Shown here: positions 1 to 9,985 of the stretch, in pieces
How positions within the stretch are numbered: the stretch's first letter is position 1
How the letters are laid out: each line of letters opens with the position of its first letter
The notes under the pieces: generated by a model
Seen by the model: only the letters and a program-made list of their open reading frames with translations
Told to the model about the DNA's origin: nothing
The model's database searches: none
Assembly (NCBI GenBank): GCA_977020255.1
Contig: CDROCS010000506.1
Span: 3,224,001-3,288,000 of the forward strand
Reading direction: 5' to 3'
DNA: 64,000 nucleotides
Source of the DNA: Obrimoposthia wandeli
Lineage: Eukaryota
Made by a program: the position numbers and the translations under genes

Positions 1-793
1 GGAATGCTTGTGTTAATGCATTGACTAGGGTGCGCGGACTTATCGCGCCAATGGCTAAATAAGGGGATAGCCCTGATGTCCCTTTTATCGCTGGATAGTC
101 TCTTAGCTGCTGGTAATCCTGGCACTTATTTTCAATAAATTCGGGAATTACTTGCTGTAAAATGACAGTTACTAGCGGCCATTTTTTGGAACAGGTTTTA
201 TTACCTGCTAATACAATGTCTTCTCTTGGCTGGTGGCCTACTACTGTCGTTGTGGCTGCTGTGATAGCTGCGGGCTCAGGCAAGAAAGCCAAATTGAGTG
301 GGTTCTGCCTTAACTGTTTTAACCAGGCATTACGAAAGGGGGTAAACACCTTATACATTTCATGCTGGCCATTGAGTACAGCGCCTTTTGGCACGATGAC
401 ATCGGCCTCGCTGAGTCGTAACGGCAGGCCATTGGCGATGATCTTTTCATCACGGCGATGTTCGTTTAGTTCAACTTCGCTGTTGGCGTAAATATATTTG
501 ATCTGTTGTGCTTGGCAGTATGTGGTTAAACAGTCAATTTGCGCTTCAAAATCTGTCACGGTTAAGCAGGTTAGTTCCACGCCGAGTTCAGCGAGCTGAT
601 CACGTAATAAATTTAAATGGCGCTCAATAAAATCAAGCTGAATAGGCGCCATATCATGCAGTACCCATTGTCCAAGTGGAGCAATGAATAAAGCTTTAGT
701 GCAACCTTGTCTTAATGCTTTCGCCAAAGCTGGGTTATCTAATATACGTAAGTCGCTGCGAAACCACATGACACTTTCAGCTTTATTTTCCAT
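1..793 (-). CDS. phrB: Deoxyribodipyrimidine photolyase (CPD photolyase); C-terminus runs off the window edge
   Basis: Absent from the ORF track because it is truncated. Manual translation of the minus strand from ATG at 793 gives MENKAESVMWFRSDLRILDNPAL, the photolyase N-terminal WFRxDLRxxDNPAL motif. It lies directly downstream of a DUF523/DUF1722 gene, a known phr context. Confidence 0.93.
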   Translation of the reverse strand, partial: MENKAESVMWFRSDLRILDNPALAKALRQGCTKALFIAPLGQWVLHDMAPIQLDFIERHLNLLRDQLAELGVELTCLTVTDFEAQIDCLTTYCQAQQIKYIYANSEVELNEHRRDEKIIANGLPLRLSEADVIVPKGAVLNGQHEMYKVFTPFRNAWLKQLRQNPLNLAFLPEPAAITAATTTVVGHQPREDIVLAGNKTCSKKWPLVTVILQQVIPEFIENKCQDYQQLRDYPAIKGTSGLSPYLAIGAISPRTLVNALTQAF

Positions 794-892
794 TCGTTAT
801 TATCCACTCGTTATTATCGTTCCGTTATGCCGCATAAACTTATTCCGATCAATTCCTTTCCCACTCACGGCGATTAATTTATCGCTCTAAAA

Positions 893-1846
893 TTAAATGC
901 CGTATCTTAATTTTAACGAATCAGGGTAAGGAGATAGATATACCTGAGAATTTAAATAGTCATTCGAGTGCTGTTTCAAATAATGATTAATCAGTGTTAA
1001 TGGCACTAATAATGGTGCTAAACCCGTGCGGTAATCATCGATGTGTTGGGTGAGCTCAGATTTTTCATCGGTGTTTAAATGGGATTTAAAATAGCCCTGT
1101 AAATGGTGTAGGGTATTGGTATGGCTTTTACGGTTTGCCATGTGTTTTAACCCCGCCATTAGCCCTGCTATATATTTATCCGCCATCTCTTCTAAATTCA
1201 TATCAGCGTTACCTAACAATTTACCAACGCTTTTGTATGATGGCGTGTGATGGCTCATTAACAGGTATTTCCTTTCACTGTGGAATTTAATCAGTTTATG
1301 TTTTGTTAAACCACTGGCGACCAGTTCTTGCCAAAGTTTGTAGGTATATACGCGAATAATAAAGTTTTCACGTAACCCTGCATCATTTAAACGGCCATTT
1401 TCTTCACAAGGTAGCAGTGGGTTTAGCTCCATGATTTGTTTTGTGAACAGCCCAACCCCGTCATTTGCACTGCCTTTACCGTGTTCGTAATACACTTTTA
1501 CGCGTTCCATACCGCAACTTGGACTTTTCTGACAGAAAATGAAACCACTCAAGCCATCAATGTTACGACCTACCGACTGACCATAGTCTGTCAACGCTTG
1601 CGTTACGTCACCACTACCATCTGGACGACTTACAGCAATGACATCGCCGTGTTTAATTTGACGTATTGTTGGTCGTGGCGTCGGTAACCCTACCGCCATT
1701 TCAGGACAAAAGCCTTTGAACTCCATATGTTTGCTTAATTCATTCATACAGAAGTCTGATTTTTTATGACTCTTATCAAAACGAACCGGTTCGCCTTTAA
1801 CACAAGCACTGATACCGAGCGTAATTGTTGTTTTTGGTATGATCAT
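893..1846 (-). CDS. ybgA: DUF523-DUF1722 fusion protein (2-thiouracil desulfurase-like N-domain plus YbgA domain)
   Basis: Motifs LGISACVKGEPVRFD, CPEM..GLPTPRPTIR, KSPSCGMERVKVY and C-terminal YLSPYP. ATG at 1846 preferred over TTG at 1864. Confidence 0.88.
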   Translation of the reverse strand: MIIPKTTITLGISACVKGEPVRFDKSHKKSDFCMNELSKHMEFKGFCPEMAVGLPTPRPTIRQIKHGDVIAVSRPDGSGDVTQALTDYGQSVGRNIDGLSGFIFCQKSPSCGMERVKVYYEHGKGSANDGVGLFTKQIMELNPLLPCEENGRLNDAGLRENFIIRVYTYKLWQELVASGLTKHKLIKFHSERKYLLMSHHTPSYKSVGKLLGNADMNLEEMADKYIAGLMAGLKHMANRKSHTNTLHHLQGYFKSHLNTDEKSELTQHIDDYRTGLAPLLVPLTLINHYLKQHSNDYLNSQVYLSPYPDSLKLRYGI

Positions 1847-2070
1847 AGTGGCCGCCGTTTTCAAAAATTAATTTAAAAATCATCCATGCTGGAACGATTT
1901 GATGTTTTATAAGTGTTTTATTTTGTTGCTATAAATAACAATACGATAGTAATTAAAGAATAGATCACTATTAATTTAAAAAGTTTATTATTTAATTAAA
2001 TCATGGTCTTTAGATTGGTTTATGCGTGTTGAGTGGCTATATTTTTAATATTGTCGGATTTAGGTGGCAT

Positions 2071-2129
2071 GAGAAGAGAAAAGAGAAAAGAGAAAAGAAA
2101 CGGATCACATTATATGGCGTTCCCGTTCC
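2071..2129 (-). terminator. Probable intrinsic terminator of ogt whose U-tract is expanded by a (GAGAAAA)3 repeat
   Basis: Minus-strand stem ggaacgg...ccgtttc (2129-2097) followed by ttttctc repeats (2076-2096). Confidence 0.55.
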
Positions 2130-2156
2130 TAATTTTATTGTGTATGACCTTGAGGT

Positions 2157-2645
2157 TTAATTTGATGAACGATTATGCTTTGTTTCTAAGTTCAATAATC
2201 GTTGTTTTATATCTAAGCCACCCGCGTAACCTGTGAGGCTGCCATTTTTACCAATGACGCGGTGACACGGCACAATAATCGATATCGGATTTTTACTGTT
2301 TGCGCCACCAACAGCTTGCGATGCTTTGGGGTTACCGACTGCGATAGCCAAGTCTTTATAACTCCATGTCTCGCCATACGGGATAGTGGTGAGCGCCTGC
2401 CATACCTTATTTTGAAACTCAGTGCCATTCGCCGCTAACGGAATGGAAAATTCATGACGCTGACCGTTAAAGTATTCTTGTAGCTGCGTGACTGTAAGTT
2501 GCAAAATAGGGTGGTCATCGGCTTTCTTGCCAAAATCACTGAGCTGTCTGGCGTGGCTTTCATACCAAATACCCAGTAAACCATCATCATTACCATGCAC
2601 AGTAACGGTACCTAATAGACTTTCAAATTGGGTGTATACGTCCAT
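2157..2645 (-). CDS. ogt: Methylated-DNA--protein-cysteine methyltransferase
   Basis: Active-site PCHRV motif, plus IPYGETWSY and AVGGANSKNP. Confidence 0.95.
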   Translation of the reverse strand: MDVYTQFESLLGTVTVHGNDDGLLGIWYESHARQLSDFGKKADDHPILQLTVTQLQEYFNGQRHEFSIPLAANGTEFQNKVWQALTTIPYGETWSYKDLAIAVGNPKASQAVGGANSKNPISIIVPCHRVIGKNGSLTGYAGGLDIKQRLLNLETKHNRSSN

Positions 2646-2677
2646 GGTATTCTCTCTCTTGAGGTTTTGAAATGATC

Positions 2678-2704
2678 GATGCAGCCTTCGGGTGAGGCTG
2701 CATC
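2678..2704. terminator. Hairpin between the YkgJ-like gene and ogt
   Basis: gatgcagcc-ttcgggtga-ggctgcatc, a perfect 9-bp stem. Confidence 0.55.
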
Positions 2705-2724
2705 CTTGGTCGATGATCTCGTGA

Positions 2725-3279
2725 TTAGCTACGGTCGATACTTGGAATTTGTGATGTTTGCTGTGCTAATGAAAATTCAATTAATTCAATCATCTTATCT
2801 TGGATCATAGGTAGGCTTCTCGCCTCTACACCAGCGGCTAAAGGCGCATTAAGCGCAGTGCTATAACTGCGGTAACCTTGCTTCACTGGAATAGACATAG
2901 ACATAGGGATGCCTTGAGCAACACCACCACCAATTAACTCGATTGCTTGCGCTGTGATTAACACCGTTTTAGGATCGCGTATTGGCTGAAAAATAATGCC
3001 ATTTTCGTCAGAACGCAGCATGATGCCTGATATATCAGGACGCCAGCTCTCATCTAACTGCGCCATGAAACGCCATGCACAATGCCAATCTTGGCACACT
3101 GAAGGTCTTTTGGTGTAGATCTTACAGCCACCTTTCTCCATCAAGTTTTCACAAACTTGATCGGCAGGCTTTTTAAAATTGTCATCATCAATATGAAGTA
3201 CAACGCAACAGGCGGTACATTCACCACATTCACGACCAGAAACTAAATGTGACTCGTTGTTTTTACTCAATTCTTTCAC
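2725..3279 (-). CDS. YkgJ-family cysteine-cluster (Zn/Fe-S) protein
   Basis: RECGECTACC and C..L...GCKIYTKRPSVCQDWHC motifs. Confidence 0.75.
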   Translation of the reverse strand: MKELSKNNESHLVSGRECGECTACCVVLHIDDDNFKKPADQVCENLMEKGGCKIYTKRPSVCQDWHCAWRFMAQLDESWRPDISGIMLRSDENGIIFQPIRDPKTVLITAQAIELIGGGVAQGIPMSMSIPVKQGYRSYSTALNAPLAAGVEARSLPMIQDKMIELIEFSLAQQTSQIPSIDRS

Positions 3280-3542
3280 CTAAAAATTACAATTTAAAAA
3301 TTAATCGATATAGCTTATCAGCACACATAAAATAAGCGCTGGTAACTTAACATTAAACAATACTTCTACCGTCATACTCAAGTGTATACGTTCATCGAGT
3401 GAGGACGGACAAATTTAGCTGGATTATACAGGTTTCAACGCGAGGTGAATGTTTAAATCCGTAAAATTACCGTATTTCCTATTCTCGCCAATCCTTATAA
3501 TTTCTCAACACATAGATTTAATCTAATGAGAGAAACCGTATC

Positions 3543-4373
3543 ATGAAAAAAAATATACTTATCATTGGTGCCTCTTCAGGTATTGGTTACGACTTAGCTA
3601 TTCAACTTTTAAAGGATAATCATCATGTTTACTGCGGTGCTCGCCGACTGCATAAACTCGATAACCTTGCCGTACTTGGTGCAAAAATACATAAAGTCGA
3701 CGTATGCTCAGAAAAAGATATTACCGATATAGTCGATGCCATGACTAAAGAAGTCGGGCACATTGATATTGTCTATGCCAACGCCGGATTTCCCATTGCA
3801 GGGCCTGTAGAGGAAACTAGTATCGAAAAAGTACATCAGCTGTTTGATACTAATGTCTATGGCGCAGCAAGACTCGCGCGTGCTGTATTACCACACATGC
3901 GAGAACAAGGCGCTGGTCGTATTGTCTTTACCACTTCGATCGCTAGCCGCGTTTCTACCAGTATGAACGCTTGGTATTCAGCCAGTAAACACGCATTGAA
4001 TGGCATGGTTAAAGGGTTAGCGCAGGAAGTTGAAGGCTTTAATATTCAAGTTGTCACGGTTGAACCAGGTTGTGTGCAAACAGAATTGGGCGCTATTCAA
4101 TTAGCGGATATGAAAAACACCAACAAATTAGCTTGTTATAAAGAGGTGGTGGATAAATCCCATGACTTTTTAGACAATGCTTACCGAGCTGGTTCGGACA
4201 CTAGTTCAACCGTGGATACCTTGATAAAAGCTGGTTTTAGCCCGTCACCTCGACTCAGTTACCAAAGTACGCTTGATGCGAAATTAATGGTTTGGGCGCA
4301 GCGTATTTTTGGCGAAAAACTGATTGGTAAACTGTTTGTTTTGTTGATTAAAAAAACCAAAGTGAATCCGTAA
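3543..4373 (+). CDS. SDR-family NAD(P)-dependent oxidoreductase
   Basis: IIGASSGIG Rossmann motif, NAG, catalytic YSASK, VEPG. Confidence 0.93.
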   Translation: MKKNILIIGASSGIGYDLAIQLLKDNHHVYCGARRLHKLDNLAVLGAKIHKVDVCSEKDITDIVDAMTKEVGHIDIVYANAGFPIAGPVEETSIEKVHQLFDTNVYGAARLARAVLPHMREQGAGRIVFTTSIASRVSTSMNAWYSASKHALNGMVKGLAQEVEGFNIQVVTVEPGCVQTELGAIQLADMKNTNKLACYKEVVDKSHDFLDNAYRAGSDTSSTVDTLIKAGFSPSPRLSYQSTLDAKLMVWAQRIFGEKLIGKLFVLLIKKTKVNP

Positions 4374-4449
4374 TATTACTGATTTTTCTGCCGTATTTTG
4401 TATCTATCATATCGGTATATTTTTATGACCCATATTGATGGATATTCTG

Positions 4450-5652
4450 ATGAAAAAAACACTATTAGCATTATTGATTTGTTCGACATACGCCAACGCC
4501 AGTGGATTACTGTTACAAGAAGCGGTTGTTGCTAACGCAGGTACAACAGGTGCCGGTGATGGTGTCTATACCGAAACAGCAACTGCAACTTGGACTAACC
4601 CAGCGACGATGACGCACATGGGTGAACAGAAAACCACGGTCAATATGATGGTGCTTGATCTGCAAATGGATTATATCGATACCGATACAGGTCGAAGGAC
4701 TGAAGGTGGTCAATATGAAGGTGATGGTGACGCTGAAACCGTAATGCCTTCGATTGGTATATTTCATGTAATGCAAGTGAGTGAAGATATCCATTTAGGC
4801 ATCAATTTTGGTGCGGTCGGTGGTTCATCTGTTGACTACGGTACTGAATGGGATGGTGGTAATCATTTAGATAAGGCTGTAATGACAGCTGTACAGTTAA
4901 ATCCAATCATGAGTTATAAAATCGATAATAACTGGTCTGTTGGTGTGGGCGCGCAAATTAACTACGGCATTATCGAGGTGAGTACGGCCGGTTTTGATAC
5001 TGAAGCGGGAACAGATTGGGCGTTTGGTTATAATGCCGGTGCCATGTATAAAGCTGAAAAATGGGCTGTAGGTTTAAGTTATCGCTCAAAAGTAGAGTTT
5101 GAGTTCGATGATATAAATGCGGATGTTATCGCTTCAGATCCTGCACCAGTACTCCCATCTTCTTTTACTGTAAGCACTGAGCTACTTGCTCCTGCGATTG
5201 TTGATTTAAGTGGCAGTTATGATGTTAATGGACAACTAACGTTATTGTCTTCAGTGCAGTTCCATCAGTGGAGTGATTTTAGTGGTACCCCTGTTTACAA
5301 CGATACTCTCGCAGCTAATGGTAAAGACCTTGAGATTGATCGTGATTGGGATGATGTGTGGAAATTTGCAGTCGGTGCTGATTACCAGTTAAACGCTGAG
5401 TGGGCATTAAAAGCTGGTTTCTCTTATGAAACTTCTCCGCAAGATGATCCAACGAAACAGTGGGTTGATTTACCTGTTGGTGAACAGTATCGCTACTCTG
5501 TAGGTGCTACGACATACTGGAATGATACCCGTATCGATATGTTCTATGAATATGCTGACTTAGGTTCAGTTGATATTGATAGAAGTAAAGCCAACGTGAG
5601 CGGTACATTTGACGGCAAGATCCACTTTATCGGTGTTAACGTAACGTTCTAA
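4450..5652 (+). CDS. OmpP1/FadL-family outer-membrane transporter
   Basis: Signal peptide ending ANA-SG, NPATM hatch motif (NPA), beta-barrel pattern, terminal Phe (GVNVTF). Start refined to ATG 4450. Confidence 0.88.
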   Translation: MKKTLLALLICSTYANASGLLLQEAVVANAGTTGAGDGVYTETATATWTNPATMTHMGEQKTTVNMMVLDLQMDYIDTDTGRRTEGGQYEGDGDAETVMPSIGIFHVMQVSEDIHLGINFGAVGGSSVDYGTEWDGGNHLDKAVMTAVQLNPIMSYKIDNNWSVGVGAQINYGIIEVSTAGFDTEAGTDWAFGYNAGAMYKAEKWAVGLSYRSKVEFEFDDINADVIASDPAPVLPSSFTVSTELLAPAIVDLSGSYDVNGQLTLLSSVQFHQWSDFSGTPVYNDTLAANGKDLEIDRDWDDVWKFAVGADYQLNAEWALKAGFSYETSPQDDPTKQWVDLPVGEQYRYSVGATTYWNDTRIDMFYEYADLGSVDIDRSKANVSGTFDGKIHFIGVNVTF

Positions 5653-5704
5653 CTGTCGGTAATGTAAGCACTATTATCTAAGCAGTTTCATATAGGAATA
5701 GACT

Positions 5705-6109
5705 ATGTTTTTTACACGTAATTTAAAGCCATTTCTTGTCATCGGCGGTTTAATCACAATGTTCGCGGGTGTCTATGCGATCAACCCTGAATTAGCATTA
5801 CTTGAAATGAATAATCTACCGTATGACGACAACTATGTGTTCCTATTTAGACATTGGGGCATCATGGTAGGTTTGATGGGGTTCTTTATTACGTTATCTG
5901 CGTTTATTGTGCAGTGGCGTGGTTCGATAATGCTTTACTCGTTTATTGAAAAATTATTCATGGTGTATTTATTCATGTCGAATTTTTTCAATCCAGAAAC
6001 TGCGCATTTAAACGTAGACTTCATTGCTTTTGCTATCACAGATGTGACGATTTGTGTTTATACGCTCGGTTATTGGTATGAACAGTACCGTAATAAGCAG
6101 AAACTGTAA
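5705..6109 (+). CDS. Hypothetical membrane protein (about 4 TM segments)
   Basis: 134 aa with several hydrophobic stretches and a polar RHWG motif; RBS aggaa upstream. Confidence 0.7.
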   Translation: MFFTRNLKPFLVIGGLITMFAGVYAINPELALLEMNNLPYDDNYVFLFRHWGIMVGLMGFFITLSAFIVQWRGSIMLYSFIEKLFMVYLFMSNFFNPETAHLNVDFIAFAITDVTICVYTLGYWYEQYRNKQKL

Positions 6110-6148
6110 TTACATAAGAATGCAGCTGTATTAGGTCATAGAATTTGT

Positions 6149-6188
6149 GTGGGTTAGTGTGCCTTTTGTTAGGGGCACGCTGACTCAC
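6149..6188. terminator. Long hairpin between convergent genes
   Basis: gtgggttagtgtgcc pairs with ggcacgctgactcac (15 bp including G-U pairs). Confidence 0.55.
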
Positions 6189-6245
6189 CAATATGTGTTA
6201 TCCGCTTACTCGTTTATTAGCTCAAACCTCCGCGCACGTCCCCCT

Positions 6246-7139
6246 TTATTGATTAAATAGATATTTACCATTTTGATGGAGCTGACAAAACGCAATAAAA
6301 TCCTCGATAAACACTTTGCTTAAGCGAGATAAATGCTTTCTCGATGGATATATTATGTGTAGGTCCACTTCTGGGAATGGGTAATCAATAAGTACTTCCA
6401 CCAGTTCACCCGATTGCAATAATGGATTCGCAAGCATAGGTGGTAATTCACCTAACATGTCACCGCGACGAATAGCTGAAAGTGAATGAGCATAGTCACT
6501 GGATGTGAATTTCGGGTTAATCTCAATGCAATGTTCACCTAATTGCCAAGTGATAGCGCCATGCCCAAACCGCCATGCAGCAATCGGTAATGAGGCGAGG
6601 TCGGCTGGAGTTTTAGGTATACCGTAGTTATTAATAAATTTTTGTGAACAGACCACAACGTGATGGTACTTACCTAGATGCCTTGCGATCGCGGATTGAT
6701 AGTTAACATCACCCACCCGAATCACAATATCAATATCATCATCAATAAAATCTGTTTTTCTCACGGTACTGAAAATATCTAACTGGATTAGTGGGTAAGT
6801 ATTATTAAATTGATGAAACATATCATCAAAGACATAAAGGGCTGGTGGAATAGAGATGCGTAGCTGACCTTTTAGTTCTTCTTGTTCTTCTTGAATAGCC
6901 TGCTCTGCTTCAAAAATAGCATCCAGTCCTGAGCCTGCTCGTTGATACAGTAATTGTCCGACATGAGTGACCGCTAATTTACGTGTGGTACGGATTAATA
7001 ATTTTTGATCTAATTGCGCCTCTAATTCACTCACTCGTCGGCTAACCGTTGCAACCGGGATACTCATTATTTTGGATGCAGCAGAGAAAGAACCGTGCTT
7101 GACGACGTTAACAAAAATATTCAAAGAATTGAGATCCAT
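6246..7139 (-). CDS. LysR-family regulator (CrgA/DmlR-like)
   Basis: MDLNSLNIFVNVVKHGSFSAAS HTH and LLIRTTRKL. Divergent from the oxidoreductase at 7314. Start refined to 7139. Confidence 0.92.
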   Translation of the reverse strand: MDLNSLNIFVNVVKHGSFSAASKIMSIPVATVSRRVSELEAQLDQKLLIRTTRKLAVTHVGQLLYQRAGSGLDAIFEAEQAIQEEQEELKGQLRISIPPALYVFDDMFHQFNNTYPLIQLDIFSTVRKTDFIDDDIDIVIRVGDVNYQSAIARHLGKYHHVVVCSQKFINNYGIPKTPADLASLPIAAWRFGHGAITWQLGEHCIEINPKFTSSDYAHSLSAIRRGDMLGELPPMLANPLLQSGELVEVLIDYPFPEVDLHIIYPSRKHLSRLSKVFIEDFIAFCQLHQNGKYLFNQ

Positions 7140-7313
7140 TGATCTTACCCACTCACTCATGATGATAATGAAACTTAGATTAGCATCAAAAGTGGAATAA
7201 TGATTCTTAAAAGCACCGCTAATTTTATCTATTGAGTTTGGTTATAGTGTTTGCATTGAAACGAGATACACAAACATTCATCAATAATCGAAACAAATTA
7301 ATAGGAATAAAAT

Positions 7314-8297
7314 ATGAAAGCAATTATCGCAACACAAGCTGGTGGCCCTGAAGTATTAGAAATCCATTATGCAGCAGAACCTGTTACTGCGGCGGGTGAA
7401 GTTAAAATTCGCGTGAAAGCATTTGGACTAAACAAAGCTGAAGCATATTACCGTAATGGTGCGTTCGGCGCGTTAAATGTAGAACTTGCTCCGGGCATCG
7501 AAGCGGCTGGTGAAGTCATTGAAGACCCATCAAACACATTCCAACCGGGTGATAAAGTGATCACAGCTATGGGTGGAATGATGTTTGCTCGTCATGGCAG
7601 CTATGCAGAAATCATTGTCGTTAACAAAACCAACGTGCAACGTATTACCAGTGATATTGAATTTACACAGCTCGCATCTTTACCAGAGTTATACCTGACT
7701 GTATGGGGTGCATTAGACAAAACGTTAAACATCGCATCAGGCGAAGTATTGTTAGTGCGAGGTGCAACATCTGGACTTGGCTTAGCCGCATTGGTTTATG
7801 CAAAAGCACGTGGTCTAACAGTTATAGCGACGACGCGAAATGTTGAAAATACCAAGCGCTTACAAACACTCGGTGCAGATCATGTTGTTATCGATAATGG
7901 TGACGTTGCTGAGCAGGTGAGAGCGCTTTACCCACAAGGCGTGGACAAAGCGTTAGATGTTGTTGGTGCTGCAGCGGTGAAAGATACCATGAAAGCATTG
8001 CGACCGTGGGGCGAAGTGACTGTTGTTGGTCTGCTAGGTGGTTCACCTGTGATTGAAAACTTTGGCTTGATGAGTGATTTACCAAGTTCAGTGAAATTAA
8101 GTTTCTTCCAAAGTGGCATGTTAGGAAGTGATGCGCTGCCTTTAGATGAGTCACCATTAAATTGGATTGCAGAACAAGTGCATACAGGTCAAATGCCTGA
8201 TATTACTTCGGCAATCTTTAACGCTGAAGATATTCAAAGTGCGCATGCCTTAATGGATAGTAATAAAGCGATTGGTAAAATTGTCGTTAAACATTAA
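7314..8297 (+). CDS. MDR-superfamily NADPH:quinone oxidoreductase-like protein
   Basis: GGPEVL, PGIEAAG, GSYAE, LVRGATSGLG and C-terminal IGKIVV. Lacks the catalytic Zn cysteines. Confidence 0.88.
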   Translation: MKAIIATQAGGPEVLEIHYAAEPVTAAGEVKIRVKAFGLNKAEAYYRNGAFGALNVELAPGIEAAGEVIEDPSNTFQPGDKVITAMGGMMFARHGSYAEIIVVNKTNVQRITSDIEFTQLASLPELYLTVWGALDKTLNIASGEVLLVRGATSGLGLAALVYAKARGLTVIATTRNVENTKRLQTLGADHVVIDNGDVAEQVRALYPQGVDKALDVVGAAAVKDTMKALRPWGEVTVVGLLGGSPVIENFGLMSDLPSSVKLSFFQSGMLGSDALPLDESPLNWIAEQVHTGQMPDITSAIFNAEDIQSAHALMDSNKAIGKIVVKH

Positions 8298-8373
8298 TCC
8301 GGCGTGACGAGTAAGCGGGCTGCTAAAGCCTGCTCACTCCTTATTTTAATTGCAGTAAAACGAGAAAATAATC

Positions 8374-8880
8374 ATGTTATTCAACAGAAGTTTTAAATTA
8401 GCTAACGCCATCATATTACTTTTTATGTGCGTTTATGTCAGTAAAGTCAGCGCGGCAGTATCAGTGGATGAAACAACCAAAATAAGCGTGGTTGAACAAA
8501 GCGATGTAGCTCAGATAGAAGCACTGATGACGTCTTATCAAGACATCTTAAATAATAAAAAGGTAGGTAATGTTAAAACGGTTTATACCGCAGACGCGCA
8601 GTTTATTGGTGAAAATTTTCCAACGGCAACGGGGGTTAATAATATTGCTGCGCTGTATGGCGACTTCCTGTCTAAATTAGATTTTAATATTCGTTTCGAA
8701 ATTCTTGAGGTGGCATTAAAGCAAGACTTTGGTTTTATTCAAACGATATCTACAGGCACGATCACCCCTAAGGGCGGGCTTGCTGGTAATGAAGAGGCGA
8801 ATAGAGAAATATTCGTAGTGAAAAAAATAAACAATGAATGGCAAATTTATCGTTATATCTTTACCGCTGAATTGAATTAA
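8374..8880 (+). CDS. Secreted SnoaL/NTF2-like (YybH/DUF4440) protein
   Basis: Signal peptide (VSA-AV); NTF2-like core ending NREIFVVKK...WQIYRY. Confidence 0.75.
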   Translation: MLFNRSFKLANAIILLFMCVYVSKVSAAVSVDETTKISVVEQSDVAQIEALMTSYQDILNNKKVGNVKTVYTADAQFIGENFPTATGVNNIAALYGDFLSKLDFNIRFEILEVALKQDFGFIQTISTGTITPKGGLAGNEEANREIFVVKKINNEWQIYRYIFTAELN

Positions 8881-8945
8881 GAGCGTGAAATAGAGATTTT
8901 TTCTATATAAAGTATCTTCCATTGATGCGTTTTAGTTACCGTCAG

Positions 8946-8977
8946 AACCAAGTGTCTTCAATACACTCGGTTTTTTT
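8946..8977 (+). terminator. Intrinsic terminator
   Basis: aaccaagtgt-cttcaat-acactcggtt stem (one mismatch) followed by a T-tract. Confidence 0.7.
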
Positions 8978-9333
8978 GTGCCCGTGATTACTTTCCCATA
9001 TTTGAGAATATAATCACCCGGTGTAATTCGAGCTAGTTGGATGTCGTTGGATGTAATAGGAAGTCGTTGGATGCCCAGTTAGCTCTGACAATTATCCTAA
9101 TTATGGGGGAGTTAATCGAAGGTACTTGGTATGGCATTGGCTATGAAACCAAGTCTGCACATTATTTTTTTAAGGCTTTTACATATCTATTGCGTGAATA
9201 TTAATTAGTCTGAAATGTGCGCTAGCAGTCAGCAATGATTTGGGTTTACGTGACAATGTGTAGTATAAAGCTAGCCAACCACTATTTTCATGTAAACCTT
9301 AATTACAGTTATGTATTACCCACAAGGATGTTT

Positions 9334-9933
9334 ATGTTCAATTCAACGTTGACGCGTATTTGTTGCATCGCCACTATTTGCTTCACCATGAGCGCTTGCT
9401 CGACACGAGAGAGTGCTGATCAATACCGTGGTTCTACGAGCCAAAGATTACTGACCTACAGTATTAACGAACTAGTATCAGACCTGCCTGATGATAGCTT
9501 TACCGAATTGGGTTCACAATCCATCTATGTTCGCACACACTTTATCAGTAAAACAGAAGCTCTTGTTTATGCTGAACAGCGTTTGAAAATGGAATTGGCT
9601 AGTCGTTTCAAATTGAACTTAGTCGATTCGGCAGCAGACGCTGATATTGAATTTGATTTCTTTTTCACGTCTTTAGGGACAGATCAAGATGTATATGGTT
9701 TAAGTGTGCCGGTATTTTGGGTGAGTACTGACGGGGAAATGCCGTCATTGGACATCCTTGCAGTGCGCATGTATCACGGCGTAAGTGAAATGTACTACTT
9801 CATTAAGGATAAAAAGACAGGTGTAACCACAGCGCATGATGGTAGCATCGCCCGATCTCGCAGTGATAAATTCTCAACCCCTTTCTTTAGCTTTCCAATT
9901 GATAGTTTAGAAGAAAAGTCAGTGTTGGATTAA
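9334..9933 (+). CDS. Predicted lipoprotein, DUF6655/MafA-like
   Basis: From ATG 9334 (aagga RBS): hydrophobic leader and lipobox-like MSA-C at residue 22, followed by RGSTSQRLLTYSINELV. Family assignment is by recalled resemblance only. Confidence 0.55.
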   Translation: MFNSTLTRICCIATICFTMSACSTRESADQYRGSTSQRLLTYSINELVSDLPDDSFTELGSQSIYVRTHFISKTEALVYAEQRLKMELASRFKLNLVDSAADADIEFDFFFTSLGTDQDVYGLSVPVFWVSTDGEMPSLDILAVRMYHGVSEMYYFIKDKKTGVTTAHDGSIARSRSDKFSTPFFSFPIDSLEEKSVLD

Positions 9934-9985
9934 ATAATATGAAGGTATAATAACGCTCAGCGCCGACTACTTAACAGGGAAAAAA

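Noticed and set aside
162-890. Plus-strand ORFs 162-491 and 684-890
   Set aside because: Antisense shadows of phrB, which is encoded on the minus strand.
7314-8297. MDR oxidoreductase as AcuI (acryloyl-CoA reductase) of DMSP metabolism
   Set aside because: It lacks the YhdH/AcuI signatures (SSLNYKD, PGID..G), is 17 kb from the ddd cluster and has its own divergent LysR.
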